Assembly (NCBI GenBank): GCA_045544155.1
Contig: JAZPYN010000009.1
Coordinates: 5,940-69,939, forward strand
DNA from: Acutalibacteraceae bacterium
Lineage (GTDB): Bacteria > Bacillota > Clostridia > Oscillospirales > Acutalibacteraceae
Length of the DNA: 64,000 nt
Reading direction: 5' to 3'
Shown here: piece after piece, positions 29,577-38,800 of the stretch
How positions within the stretch are numbered: the stretch's first letter is position 1
How the letters are laid out: each line of letters starts with the position of its first letter
The notes under the pieces: generated by a model
The model's input: only the letters and a program-made list of their open reading frames with translations
The model's database searches: none
Told to the model about the DNA's origin: nothing
Translations under genes and position numbers: made by a program

Positions 29577-29608
29577 AATAATGTCATCCTGAGCGCGAGC
29601 TAAGAATC
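29577..29608. repeat. Half-copy of the AATGTCATCCTGAGCG palindromic element family
   Basis: AATGTCATCCTGAGCG (29578-29593) is identical to the rc of 1867-1882. No matching second arm follows. A small TTATCAC/GTGATAA hairpin lies at 29609-29640. Confidence 0.6.
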
Positions 29609-29750
29609 TTATCACACACCACGCAGATAATCCGTGATAAAACCTATATCACCGTAAATTACCGCTTTTTGCAAAAAACGGTTGAATTAAAAAACCCACA
29701 GTAATATAATAAAAAGCAATTAATTTCTACAATAACGGAGGTAAAAAGTT

Positions 29751-30854
29751 ATGTATTGTCCCGAATGCGGCAGCAGTATTGACGATAATTGCTTGTTTTG
29801 TACTGAATGCGGAACAAAGCTCGGTGTTCCTGAAGAGCCGGCTGTTCCCGAAGGGCCGATTCCTCAGCCGCCTGCTCCTTCTCCCGTCCCTTCAAACACA
29901 CCCGATGCACCTAAAAAGAAGTTCCCCGTCTGGCTGATAATCGTGCTTGCTGTCGTCGGCGTTGCGGTTATAGTTTTCGCATCGGTTTTTGCTTTGAAGG
30001 CGTTGGTCGGTAATAAAAAAGATGCGTATGACGGAACAGCAGATTCGTCCTATGCTGATGTTAACGGTGATATGAGCGAAGAAACAGGTACGCTTCCTTC
30101 GGAGTCCGATACGGAAACTACGGCTGTTCAAGCAACTGCTGAGGCACCTACAGCAGCACATACCAAAAGCTCTACTACGCAGAAAATAGTTGTCACAAAA
30201 GCACCTACTCCAAAACCCGAGTCTACCAAAGCTCCTGCAACTGCGGCGCCGCCTTCGTATGATGACGGCTTTAACGCAGGTTATAACCAAGGTTATGATG
30301 ACGGCTATGACAGCGGTTACGACAGCGGTTATGACAGCGGATATAATGACAATGACGATGATTGGTGGTATGACGAGGATTATTATCCTCCCGTAAACGG
30401 CTATACTCTCGATGAGTTAGAGGTTGCTATGAATGAGTTCCTCTATACCGGAAGCTGGAGCGACCTGAGCGAATACATACTTCCCGGCAGTGCCGATATC
30501 CTCGAAATTATGTACGATATCGAGGAGGAAGAAGGCTACGATGATTACGCCTTTTATTACGGTTACTTAGGTGTTAATGAATATTATTACGGATATGATG
30601 ATATTCCGACTATTTATGATACCGATTATGATTATCATTCTCTTGATTTTGAGGATGAGGATTATCGAGAGAATACATCGTACGGTCTTTACGAAATGGT
30701 CGAGTATGCTTTTGATGAAGTTTACGGCGGTAATATGGAGTATTATGATATTTGTTATATGGAAACATTTGCCTATGACGCATTATACGATGATTACGGA
30801 TTCTATGTATTCGTAATCGAAACCGATTACGGTTGTTTCTTCCTTTGTGAATAA
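29751..30854 (+). CDS. Zinc-ribbon membrane protein with an extremely Tyr/Asp/Glu-rich C-terminal region
   Basis: 367-aa ORF with N-terminal CPECG...CTECG, a Pro-rich linker, one TM segment (VWLIIVLAVVGVAVIVFASVFAL), a Ser/Thr/Ala-rich linker, then GYDDGYDSGYDSGYDSGYND and a Y/D/E-rich tail. Confidence 0.65.
   Translation: MYCPECGSSIDDNCLFCTECGTKLGVPEEPAVPEGPIPQPPAPSPVPSNTPDAPKKKFPVWLIIVLAVVGVAVIVFASVFALKALVGNKKDAYDGTADSSYADVNGDMSEETGTLPSESDTETTAVQATAEAPTAAHTKSSTTQKIVVTKAPTPKPESTKAPATAAPPSYDDGFNAGYNQGYDDGYDSGYDSGYDSGYNDNDDDWWYDEDYYPPVNGYTLDELEVAMNEFLYTGSWSDLSEYILPGSADILEIMYDIEEEEGYDDYAFYYGYLGVNEYYYGYDDIPTIYDTDYDYHSLDFEDEDYRENTSYGLYEMVEYAFDEVYGGNMEYYDICYMETFAYDALYDDYGFYVFVIETDYGCFFLCE
30291..30350 (+). 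repeat. Imperfect 12-nt tandem repeat x5 (encodes GYD[DS] units)
   Basis: The five units are ggttatgatgac, ggctatgacagc, ggttacgacagc, ggttatgacagc and ggatataatgac. Confidence 0.8.
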
Positions 30855-30864
30855 ACAGTATTAT

Positions 30865-30897
30865 AAAAAACAGGATGTATTTTACATCCTGTTTTTT
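30865..30897. terminator. Bidirectional intrinsic terminator
   Basis: ACAGGATGTA (30870-30879) pairs with TACATCCTGT (30883-30892), flanked by A6 and T6 runs, between convergent genes. Confidence 0.8.
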
Positions 30898-30924
30898 GCG
30901 CTTTATAGATAATTTTATGTGAAA

Positions 30925-31701
30925 TTAGCACTCTTTGCTTTCGCCGCAGGCAATGTAATTTAACTGCGGCATATATTTTTTCATAAACTCATACTGCTCA
31001 ACTCCTGTACAGTGGCAGGTAAAGTATGTCATATTGTGTGATGCGAGCTTTGCTGCGTATCCGGTGAGCTTTTCATCAAGGGCGAGCTTTGAGTAATGAA
31101 AACCGCCGACGAGTGCATCGGGCTCAAACCATTCGACAATATCCATTATACCTTTGTGTGAGCAACCGCTGATAAGTACACGTTTACCGTTTTCGTTAAT
31201 AAGAAGATATTGCTCGTGCTTAAAATCGTCAGGCATAAATTCTCCGTTGCACTTCATATTCAGACCGAAGCTGCCGAGGTAGTGATTCCTTACATTTTTA
31301 TTACATGAATAAAGACTGAGCTCATCATCGATTTCAAGAATATCATCGACAAAAATAATTCTTTTTTCAGTTTGCAAGGCTTTGTCGAGACCTATATATT
31401 TTTCAGTGCCGTTGTAATAGTCGCCGAAAGCGTAACGGCTGATGTATACGGGTGCGGTTGTGTTTATTTCAAGGAATCTGCCGAGACCTCCGCCGTGGTC
31501 ATAATGTCCGTGAGAGAGCACTGCAATATCAACCTTCGTCAGGTCAATGCCGAGCTTGATTGCATTTTCAGCAAAGAGTGAGGTCTGACCCATATCAAAG
31601 AGTATGTTGTGTTTCTGTGTTTCAATATAAAGGCTCAGCCCGTGCTCTGCGCTAATGCGACTGTTGTGTGATATGTTTTCTGTTAATGATGTTATTTTCA
31701 T
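30925..31701 (-). CDS. MBL-fold metallo-hydrolase
   Basis: 258-aa ORF with the HxHxDH motif (SHGHYDHGGG). Confidence 0.8.
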   Translation of the reverse strand: MKITSLTENISHNSRISAEHGLSLYIETQKHNILFDMGQTSLFAENAIKLGIDLTKVDIAVLSHGHYDHGGGLGRFLEINTTAPVYISRYAFGDYYNGTEKYIGLDKALQTEKRIIFVDDILEIDDELSLYSCNKNVRNHYLGSFGLNMKCNGEFMPDDFKHEQYLLINENGKRVLISGCSHKGIMDIVEWFEPDALVGGFHYSKLALDEKLTGYAAKLASHNMTYFTCHCTGVEQYEFMKKYMPQLNYIACGESKEC

Positions 31702-32195
31702 TACTGTTTATCTGCCTTTTCTTTATATTTGTTAAGTACTGTGTATTCACGAAGATAGAGACTCATATGGTCCTGCGGTTTGGTCGGGTAGGCTGAAAAA
31801 ACTTCAACAGCTTTATCAATTTCGAGCCATACTGGCATTACGCCGTGGCTGATTTCGGTTTCAGTCAGGCTTTGTTCACATCTGCCTGTGATTTCGCACA
31901 GAAAATAGTTGCTGATATACAGCGTTTCAAAGCTGTATTCGTTTACTGTAATAAACGGTTTTATCGGCTTTACCGTGTATCCCGCTTCTTCACGAAGCTC
32001 ACGCATACAGCAAGCTTCAAGTGTTTCGCCCGGCTCAACACCGCCGCCCGGCGACATATATACATCCTTGTTTTTTTCGTATGTAAGAAGCACTTTGCCG
32101 TCTTTTATTATAAGAGCTCGGCTCGATTCGCGTACTTTTTCCGGCGGGTCTGTATAAACTTCCATATATTGATTTACTGTTTCGACTTTGCTCAT
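31701..32195 (-). CDS. NUDIX hydrolase
   Basis: 164-aa ORF with the Nudix box GGGVEPGETLEACCMRELREEAGY. It overlaps the MBL gene start by 1 nt. Confidence 0.85.
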   Translation of the reverse strand: MSKVETVNQYMEVYTDPPEKVRESSRALIIKDGKVLLTYEKNKDVYMSPGGGVEPGETLEACCMRELREEAGYTVKPIKPFITVNEYSFETLYISNYFLCEITGRCEQSLTETEISHGVMPVWLEIDKAVEVFSAYPTKPQDHMSLYLREYTVLNKYKEKADKQ

Positions 32196-32260
32196 ATCAA
32201 ATCTCCATTCATAACAGCATATAAATGTGACATACTAATTTCCAAAAGGAGGTATGATTT

Positions 32261-32641
32261 ATGTGTGAATCAAGGTTTTATCTTTGCCGTAAATGCGGCA
32301 ATATTGTTGGACTTATACACGGTGCAGGTGTGCCGATAATGTGCTGCGGCAGCGAGATGGAGCATCTGCAGGCTTCGACTGAAAACGAGGGCGGCGAAAA
32401 GCACAGCCCTGCCGTAACGGTTGAGGGTGACAGCGTAAAAGTAAAGATAGGCAGTGTGCCGCACCCTATGGAGAATGATCACAGCATAAACTGGGTGTAT
32501 ATGCAGACTGACATCGGCGGTCAGCGTAAATGTCTTATCAGCGGTGACAAACCTGAGGCCGAGTTTAAGCTATGCGGCGAGAAGCCGACAGCGGTATACA
32601 GCTACTGCAACAAGCACGGACTTTGGAAGACCATACTGTAA
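32261..32641 (+). CDS. dfx: Desulfoferrodoxin (2Fe superoxide reductase)
   Basis: 126-aa ORF with strong RBS AAAGGAGG. N-terminal desulforedoxin Cys4 (CRKCGN...CCG). SOR centre residues EKH, HPMENDH and CNKHG. Confidence 0.9.
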   Translation: MCESRFYLCRKCGNIVGLIHGAGVPIMCCGSEMEHLQASTENEGGEKHSPAVTVEGDSVKVKIGSVPHPMENDHSINWVYMQTDIGGQRKCLISGDKPEAEFKLCGEKPTAVYSYCNKHGLWKTIL

Positions 32642-32648
32642 AATTAGT

Positions 32649-32688
32649 GGGTTGCAGCTGATTTTTGTCAGCTGCAACCCTTATTTTT
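32649..32688. terminator. Bidirectional intrinsic terminator
   Basis: GGGTTGCAGCTGA (32649-32661) pairs with TCAGCTGCAACCC (32668-32680), followed by TTATTTTT. Confidence 0.8.
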
Positions 32689-33446
32689 CATCCTAACAGC
32701 ACATCCGAAACCAGCATTACACAAAAGCCGACGAGCAATGCATAGGTTGCACCTCGCTGACTGCCGTGAGCGTGGGTTTCGGGTATCATTTCGTCGCTTA
32801 CAACATAAAGCATTGTACCGCCTGCAAAGCTGAGAGCAAAGGGAAGGATTGCAACAGAAACGCTGACAGCAAAGTAGCCGATAAGCGTACCGATAACCTC
32901 AACGAGACCTGTTATAAGCGCACTGATAAACGTTTTCTTAGGGCTTACGCCTGCGGCAAGCATAGGTCCGATTATTACCATACCTTCGGGTATATTCTGA
33001 AGCGCTATACCGCCTGCGATAAGCAGAGCTTGGGTTGTATCACCCGAACCGAAGCCGACACCTGCAGCGATGCCTTCGGGCAGATTGTGTATTGCTATTG
33101 CAGTTACAAAAAGCAACACCTTGCTGAGGTTTGCGTTATGATGCGCCTCTGTGTCGGGACCGACAAGCTTATGCAGGTGAGGCACAAGCTTATCAATAAG
33201 GTTAAGACACAGCGCACCCGCAAAAATGCCTGCAACGGTGATAAGTATACCGAATTTTCCGCCGTACTCGATCGACGGAAGAATCAGACCGAGAACTGCG
33301 GCGGCAAGCATAACGCCTGCGGCAAAGCTGAGAACAATGTCAGAAAATTTATGAGAAATTCTTTTGAAAATAAAACCGATTACGGAGCCGATAAGTGTAG
33401 CGCCGCCGACTCCGAGTGCGGTCAGTAAAACCATGGTCATATGCAA
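32688..33446 (-). CDS. ZIP family (ZupT-like) metal transporter
   Basis: 252-aa hydrophobic ORF with motifs AIHNLPEGIA and LQNIPEG. Confidence 0.85.
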   Translation of the reverse strand: MHMTMVLLTALGVGGATLIGSVIGFIFKRISHKFSDIVLSFAAGVMLAAAVLGLILPSIEYGGKFGILITVAGIFAGALCLNLIDKLVPHLHKLVGPDTEAHHNANLSKVLLFVTAIAIHNLPEGIAAGVGFGSGDTTQALLIAGGIALQNIPEGMVIIGPMLAAGVSPKKTFISALITGLVEVIGTLIGYFAVSVSVAILPFALSFAGGTMLYVVSDEMIPETHAHGSQRGATYALLVGFCVMLVSDVLLG

Positions 33447-33461
33447 TTCACCGCCTTTAAG

Positions 33462-34193
33462 TTATATTTCGGGCTTGAAACAGGGCATAAACTGCAGTTT
33501 AAAGAGGTTTGCCTTATGCTTGCGGTCGATAAGCTCTTTCTTTGCTTCGTCGGCAATATAGCCTGTGCGTATATAAACGTCAAGCTCAGCATAGGTAAAG
33601 CCGAGGTTTTCCTCGTCTGTTTTGCCGCAGAGGCCGTCGATCGGAGTTTTGTCAACGAGCTCACGGGGTAAACCGAGCTCATAACCGATCTGTTTTGCTT
33701 CTGTTACTGTGATAAATGACAGGGGAGAGAAATCACCTACAGAATCGCCGTAGCGTGTTGAGTAGCCCACCCAGTCCTCAGAGAGGTTGCAGGTGTTGGC
33801 AACACGTCCGTTACAGCTCTGGGAAACGGCATAGAGGGTGGACATCCTTATTCTCGGCGGCAGGTTGACCCTTGTCATATTATTTATTTCAAGCTCTTCG
33901 GGGAAGTTGTTTAGCACAGCATCTATAGCGGCTTTGACATTTATTTCGTAATGCCTGATTCCGAGGTGGTTTACAAGCAGGTAAGCCATATCAATATCGT
34001 GCTGCTCACCCTGAGGCATAAGCACGCCGATAACTCTGTCCTTGCCGAGGGCTTCAACGCAAAGTGCGGCAACAATAGAGCTGTCCTTACCGCCGGATAT
34101 ACCGACTACTGCGTTACAGCCTTTGCCGTTTTTTTCAAAGAAATCCCTTATCCACTGAACACATTCGTTTTTAACCTTAACTGCATCAAACAT
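33462..34193 (-). CDS. nadE: Ammonia-dependent NAD+ synthetase
   Basis: 243-aa ORF with the PP-loop GISGGKDSS and overall NadE-like sequence. Confidence 0.85.
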   Translation of the reverse strand: MFDAVKVKNECVQWIRDFFEKNGKGCNAVVGISGGKDSSIVAALCVEALGKDRVIGVLMPQGEQHDIDMAYLLVNHLGIRHYEINVKAAIDAVLNNFPEELEINNMTRVNLPPRIRMSTLYAVSQSCNGRVANTCNLSEDWVGYSTRYGDSVGDFSPLSFITVTEAKQIGYELGLPRELVDKTPIDGLCGKTDEENLGFTYAELDVYIRTGYIADEAKKELIDRKHKANLFKLQFMPCFKPEI

Positions 34194-34560
34194 CAGATTA
34201 TCACCTCGCGATAAATTTCTTTTATATTATACCATGAGTGAAGCTTCAAGTAAATATACTTTTGAAACCATATTCGTTCAGATCCTTTTTATGCGGTATA
34301 AAGCCGCAGTTGCTTTTGTCACTCGTTACAAAAGCAACCAAAAGAACTTTTGAGGTTATAAGTACTCCGCTACGGCTGACGGTTTTAAAATCCGCTCGCT
34401 TAAGCGAAATGCAAAAGCGCATTCAGCTTACCATTACGGCTATTTAAGTAAATCTGATTCTTAAGGTTTATTTACTGCCTATGGTCGCCCGCTTTTATCT
34501 CATAAAGCGGCTGCAGGATATAACGAAGGTAAACAGATATTTTATACATTGGTTTCTCAT

Positions 34561-34603
34561 GAAAAATTAACAGGCAACACGGAAAGAACCGTGTTGCCTG
34601 TTT
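34561..34603 (-). terminator. Intrinsic terminator after the 409-aa LRR protein gene
   Basis: AACAGGCAACACGG (34569-34582) pairs with CCGTGTTGCCTGTT (34589-34602). On the minus strand it is followed by TTAATTTTT. Confidence 0.75.
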
Positions 34604-34610
34604 GGTCAAT

Positions 34611-35840
34611 TTATTTTATTTCTTCTCTTGTGACCCCGTAATTTACGTTTACGCTCTTTTTGAACAGCATATAGTCGTACTGCGGCTTCCACTGGTCGCC
34701 AAGGTGAATTTCTTCAAGCTCCGCTTCGCTCAGTGCTGCGTTGATCTCTGCAAGACCTTTGAGCTCTTTATCCTCTTTGTACACATTATCCCAGAATGCG
34801 TGGTGACCTATATAGGTGACGCTTGAGGGAATGTATACGTAAGTCATAGCTTGGTTATAGCTGAGAGCATCTGAGCCGATATATTCAAGACCTTCCGGCA
34901 GTGAAAGATAAATCTCGCTGAAGCTGTTGACCGATTTGAAGCTTGTGTCGGATATTTCACTCTCTACTTTATAGGTATAGATGTTTTCGAGTGAGGGAGT
35001 GTTGCCCCATTGGTCCTTGGGCTCGTGAAGCTTGAAAACAGAGAGTGTTTCCATCTTCTTGAGACCTTCGGGCAGATAGATATCTCTGAGATTTACATAG
35101 CTGAAGCAAAGCTCGCCGAGTGTTGTTACGGTAGAGGGTACGACGTACGTTTGAATATCAAGTTTGTACTGCTCTGTCACATCTTCACGGTACATTTCGG
35201 TTTCATATCCGTATTTTTTTCTCAGGTATTCGTCGTGGTTACACGGATAGTTAATGAGCACGGTCTTATCTTTATTGTAAAGTACGCCGTCGATGTCACA
35301 GTAGTATGGATTGTTTTCGTCTACCTCGATATTCTGCAGTGCCCAGCAGGAGTAAAACGCTTTGCTTTGTATAATCTGAACATCGGGACCGATATAAATA
35401 GTTGTAATTTTATCGTCGCAGTTGAGCGCATACTCGCGTATTTCGGTTACTTTTTTACTTTTGTCCTTTGTGAAAACATATTCCTTGGTTATCTGGTCGT
35501 AGTCAACTGTTGTTACGTAGTCAACGTTAAGCTCGGTTATTTCACCCGTGTTACTGAATTTGGTCAGACGGTATGTGCCGCTGCCTGTGTCTTCATACTG
35601 ATATGTATCTTTGTTTGCTATGGCAAGGATACTGAAGTAGCAGGAGAGACTGACAGCAATAACTATCGTAACTATGAAAATAATCTTCTTGAGAGTGAAA
35701 TGTTTATAAGGCTTATTGATATGCGGCGCGGCAAGACCCGGCACCTGATACGTCCATATTTCGTCCTCGGGAATGTTGAGAGTTACCTCCGGTTCGTTGA
35801 CGGGAGGCACAGGGATGTCTTTTTTGTTCTTTTTACTCAT
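34611..35840 (-). CDS. Membrane-anchored BspA-type leucine-rich-repeat protein
   Basis: 409-aa ORF with an N-terminal TM segment (IIFIVTIVIAVSLSCYFSILAI) and LRR units such as VPSTVTTLGELCF and IPSSVTYIGHHAF. Confidence 0.7.
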   Translation of the reverse strand: MSKKNKKDIPVPPVNEPEVTLNIPEDEIWTYQVPGLAAPHINKPYKHFTLKKIIFIVTIVIAVSLSCYFSILAIANKDTYQYEDTGSGTYRLTKFSNTGEITELNVDYVTTVDYDQITKEYVFTKDKSKKVTEIREYALNCDDKITTIYIGPDVQIIQSKAFYSCWALQNIEVDENNPYYCDIDGVLYNKDKTVLINYPCNHDEYLRKKYGYETEMYREDVTEQYKLDIQTYVVPSTVTTLGELCFSYVNLRDIYLPEGLKKMETLSVFKLHEPKDQWGNTPSLENIYTYKVESEISDTSFKSVNSFSEIYLSLPEGLEYIGSDALSYNQAMTYVYIPSSVTYIGHHAFWDNVYKEDKELKGLAEINAALSEAELEEIHLGDQWKPQYDYMLFKKSVNVNYGVTREEIK

Positions 35841-35858
35841 TATCTGTTGCCTCCTTTC

Positions 35859-37628
35859 TTAGCCTTTATATCCGCCCGAAACCTTTTCGTTGGCTTCAGC
35901 GGCTTTCTTTTCTGTTACTTCGGCACGTCGTTTGAGTACTTCCATAACCTGGTTCTGTTTTTTGCTGTCGTAGTCCCAAAAGAAATAGGGTATTGTCATA
36001 AGCACAAAGCCTATTATGTCTACAATAAGCGGAATTGCGATAATGTTTCTTCGTGAAGCATCGACAAAAAGTATCTCCCAGTTACTGTTGAAGCCGTAAC
36101 GGAGCAGGAAGAGCGGAATAAGCAGACCGATAAACGAAACTATAGGTCCTGTAAACCAGCCGAATACGCCTGCAAAGCTTTCAAGTCTTTCGCCTGAGAT
36201 ATACATCTGATAGTCTGCAATGCGAACATCCATATCGTGACCTGCAGTTGTAGGAACGGTTTTTGTCATTTCCATAAAGAAAAGCACGACAACGCATATT
36301 GTACCGCAGAGCACAAGGTTGTCGCCGCAGAACCAGATTGCGGCAACTATTGCAGCGTTACCTAATGCACGGGTGAGTTGGTAGAATATCATGATCTGCT
36401 TATATGAGAACCGCTTGAGGAAGTAAGGCGAAAGCAGATCGGGCGGAGTACCCGCAAACGAAATCAGCATAACGATAAGACTGTAGGGCAGACCGCTCAA
36501 ACGGAATGTGTAGAAATACAGAACCGTTACAAACGGCAGCATACCGTTGCCGAGAGCATCTATCAAACCGACAACGTTCTTGATAAGCAGATATTTGTTC
36601 TTGAGAACGCCGAACATACCGTCCCAGAATTTGATCTGCACCTTTTTCTCAACGGGCGGCTGAGGGATACGCTCCTTGATTCTGCCGGCAAAAATCATTG
36701 TCATTGCCGCAAGAATGATGAATGTTATCGGAATTACATAGCGGTAAACATTGATGTCTGCCCACTCGTTACGGAGCATACCGATTGCAATCGGCATAAC
36801 GATACCTACTATCGTGTTGAAAAAGTGTGATATCTTTACGGGATAGCTTCGTACATAAATTCTTTCCTGCAGGTTAGGACTTATGCTCTTTGTACAGGTT
36901 TCGAGGTTGTTTGCAAAGCCGAATACGTTGTATGTAGCGAAAAGAAGGTTTGCAACCCATACACGTGTTGCAACGTCGGCTATATTGTAAACGGGAATCC
37001 AGCCGATGAGTATTACCATTATACACTTGGGTACAACGTCACAGTAGAGAGAGTACTTGTATCTGCCGTATTTCGGGAGCAGCTTTTTACGCCAGAATAT
37101 GTTACGTGCGCCAACCCATCCGGTGTACAGGAAATGCGTACCGAAGGTTTTGAAGCACGCCGTGGCGTTCATTCCCTCAAGGCTGTTGAGGTATCGTATA
37201 AATCCGCTGCTTGGGTCGAACAGCGACGCAAAGTCGAAGACAAGCGTCGATATACCGAACAGAATCATCGCAAAGTATACGCCGTAAAATTTCTTTTCCG
37301 TACGTTTTGGCAAAAATCCGAGATTGTCGCATACAAGCCACCACATGAGTGCCGATATGTAGCCGAGCGGCATATTGATAATGCTTATAATAGAGAAGGT
37401 GAGGTAAGGCAGCTTGTAGTGGTGCATAATGAGGTAACAGGCTGAGGCAAAGCTTATGTATTCAAGTACCTTTGAGCCTGCATAGTTACTGCCTACAGCA
37501 AGTACAACATCCTTATACTCTTTGTACGGTACGTACTTGCCTTCTGCCGGGGTGTTCCAATGGGTTTTGATTTCGGTGACGAAGTTTTTGACCTTATCCA
37601 TAGACAAGGTTCTTTTTTTATCGCTCAT
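35859..37628 (-). CDS. MFS / GPH-type (glycoside-pentoside-hexuronide-like) transporter
   Basis: 589-aa ORF with about 12 or more TM segments and resemblance to GPH symporters by eye. Specificity unknown. Confidence 0.55.
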   Translation of the reverse strand: MSDKKRTLSMDKVKNFVTEIKTHWNTPAEGKYVPYKEYKDVVLAVGSNYAGSKVLEYISFASACYLIMHHYKLPYLTFSIISIINMPLGYISALMWWLVCDNLGFLPKRTEKKFYGVYFAMILFGISTLVFDFASLFDPSSGFIRYLNSLEGMNATACFKTFGTHFLYTGWVGARNIFWRKKLLPKYGRYKYSLYCDVVPKCIMVILIGWIPVYNIADVATRVWVANLLFATYNVFGFANNLETCTKSISPNLQERIYVRSYPVKISHFFNTIVGIVMPIAIGMLRNEWADINVYRYVIPITFIILAAMTMIFAGRIKERIPQPPVEKKVQIKFWDGMFGVLKNKYLLIKNVVGLIDALGNGMLPFVTVLYFYTFRLSGLPYSLIVMLISFAGTPPDLLSPYFLKRFSYKQIMIFYQLTRALGNAAIVAAIWFCGDNLVLCGTICVVVLFFMEMTKTVPTTAGHDMDVRIADYQMYISGERLESFAGVFGWFTGPIVSFIGLLIPLFLLRYGFNSNWEILFVDASRRNIIAIPLIVDIIGFVLMTIPYFFWDYDSKKQNQVMEVLKRRAEVTEKKAAEANEKVSGGYKG

Positions 37629-37844
37629 GGAATCCGCTCCTTGATTTTAATGAATAACATTATATCATATCTAAAAGCCCTTTTACAAGCGATAAATACA
37701 TTTTTTGATTCGTTATTTAAATAAAAACTGTTGAAATCGACTATAAATTGTGCTGAATCTTTATTTTTAAACATAAAATTTATTGACAACGAAATCTAAC
37801 AGATATATAATATATTAAAATAATAAATATCGGAGGACTACGAT

Positions 37845-38600
37845 ATGGATAACAATTTTAACCCTAATTTCAACCCCAATCCTAACCCCGCCCCTGCACC
37901 TGCAGTACAGCAGAGACAGCCTGTATATGTACCGGGTCAGGCACCTGTTACGCCTCCTCCTCCCAAGGCAAAGAAAAAGCTCAATATCAACTTCAAAGAG
38001 TTTCTTACACTTCCTTACATACTTATGGCGGTATGCATTTTTGCAGTTGCTTCTGTGCTCCCCGTAACTCACAACCTTGTACTGACTTTGGTGCGCGAGA
38101 TCTGCGGCGGCAGCAGCTATTATTATTTTGATTCGGATGCTTACAATATTGTAAATGACCTTCTGAATATTGTTTCTCCCTTCTTTTATATTTTGGTTTA
38201 TGCAGTCTGTGCTTTCTTTGCAAACAAAAAGGTTTCGGGTATGTTTGCTTTTGTCGGTGTTGCCTATATTGCGATCCGTTTGAGCGACATTATTGAGAAC
38301 TTCTGCGAAACAGTACTTTCTTTTATTATTTTTGCTATCGAAGGTTACTATGTAAATGCAGCCGGCAATGAGGTAGGTGCTGTTCTTTGCTTCTTTATCG
38401 GCTTCTTCTGCACAATTATCGCTATTGCGCTCGGACTTGCAGGTTTGATGTTTGCCAATAAGTTTGTCAAAGAGATCGACCTTAAGAAAATGGGCAAGAA
38501 AAAGCCCGTTGCTCCGCAGGCTCCCGTTGCTCCGCAAGCTCCCGTTGCACCGCAAGCTCCCGTTGCACCTCAGGCTGACCTTGATGCAAACAACAACTAA
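37845..38600 (+). CDS. Multi-pass membrane protein with Pro/Asn-rich N-terminus and PVAPQA-repeat C-terminus
   Basis: 251-aa ORF with RBS GGAGGA 7 nt upstream, 4-5 hydrophobic segments and low-complexity termini. The antisense 246-aa ORF was rejected. Confidence 0.65.
   Translation: MDNNFNPNFNPNPNPAPAPAVQQRQPVYVPGQAPVTPPPPKAKKKLNINFKEFLTLPYILMAVCIFAVASVLPVTHNLVLTLVREICGGSSYYYFDSDAYNIVNDLLNIVSPFFYILVYAVCAFFANKKVSGMFAFVGVAYIAIRLSDIIENFCETVLSFIIFAIEGYYVNAAGNEVGAVLCFFIGFFCTIIAIALGLAGLMFANKFVKEIDLKKMGKKKPVAPQAPVAPQAPVAPQAPVAPQADLDANNN
38505..38576 (+). repeat. 18-nt tandem repeat x4 (cccgttgc[ta]cc[gt]ca[ag]gct, encodes PVAPQA)
   Basis: Four consecutive 18-nt units with 1-2 synonymous differences each. 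Confidence 0.9.
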
Positions 38601-38627
38601 TCAGTATTATAATACGTAAAAAATCAT

Positions 38628-38666
38628 CAGCAACCCTTTCTTTTTTGGAAAAGGTTGCTGTTTTTT
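38628..38666 (+). terminator. Intrinsic terminator
   Basis: CAGCAACCCTTTC (38628-38640) pairs with GAAAAGGTTGCTG (38648-38660), followed by a T6 run. Confidence 0.8.
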
Positions 38667-38800
38667 GTGGTTTTTTCTGCGAATATCAAAAAAATTGAAT
38701 ATTAATACTCAGTTTGCAATCTGTCAACAGAATTTACATTAATTTTACGGTTGTATTTTTTTTAATTGTGTGATAGTATTAATACTGTATAAGTAAAAAT

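Noticed and set aside
32766-33428. 220-aa plus-strand ORF, and similar long antisense ORFs at 31845-32339, 5457-6053, 6323-7006, 7939-8532, 12638-13228, 2606-3130, 61525-62058 and 63194-63682
   Set aside because: Each lies entirely within, and opposite to, a CDS with strong family motifs. They have no RBS and low-complexity or Cys/Arg-rich translations. They are shadow ORFs.
34238-34447. 69-aa plus-strand ORF in the nadE-upstream gap
   Set aside because: It has no RBS and the start is taken from the first in-frame codon of a hairpin-rich non-coding stretch. The translation has no recognisable features. The region is treated as non-coding (see findings).
35010-36056. 348-aa plus-strand ORF spanning the junction of two minus-strand genes
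   Set aside because: It is antisense to a well-supported LRR protein and MFS transporter. It has no RBS, and its composition (rich in F, V, C and Y) is typical of a reverse-frame artefact.
37815-38555. 246-aa minus-strand ORF
   Set aside because: It is antisense to the 251-aa membrane protein gene, which has a good RBS and plausible TM topology. The product is rich in Arg, Cys, Asn and Ile with no motif.
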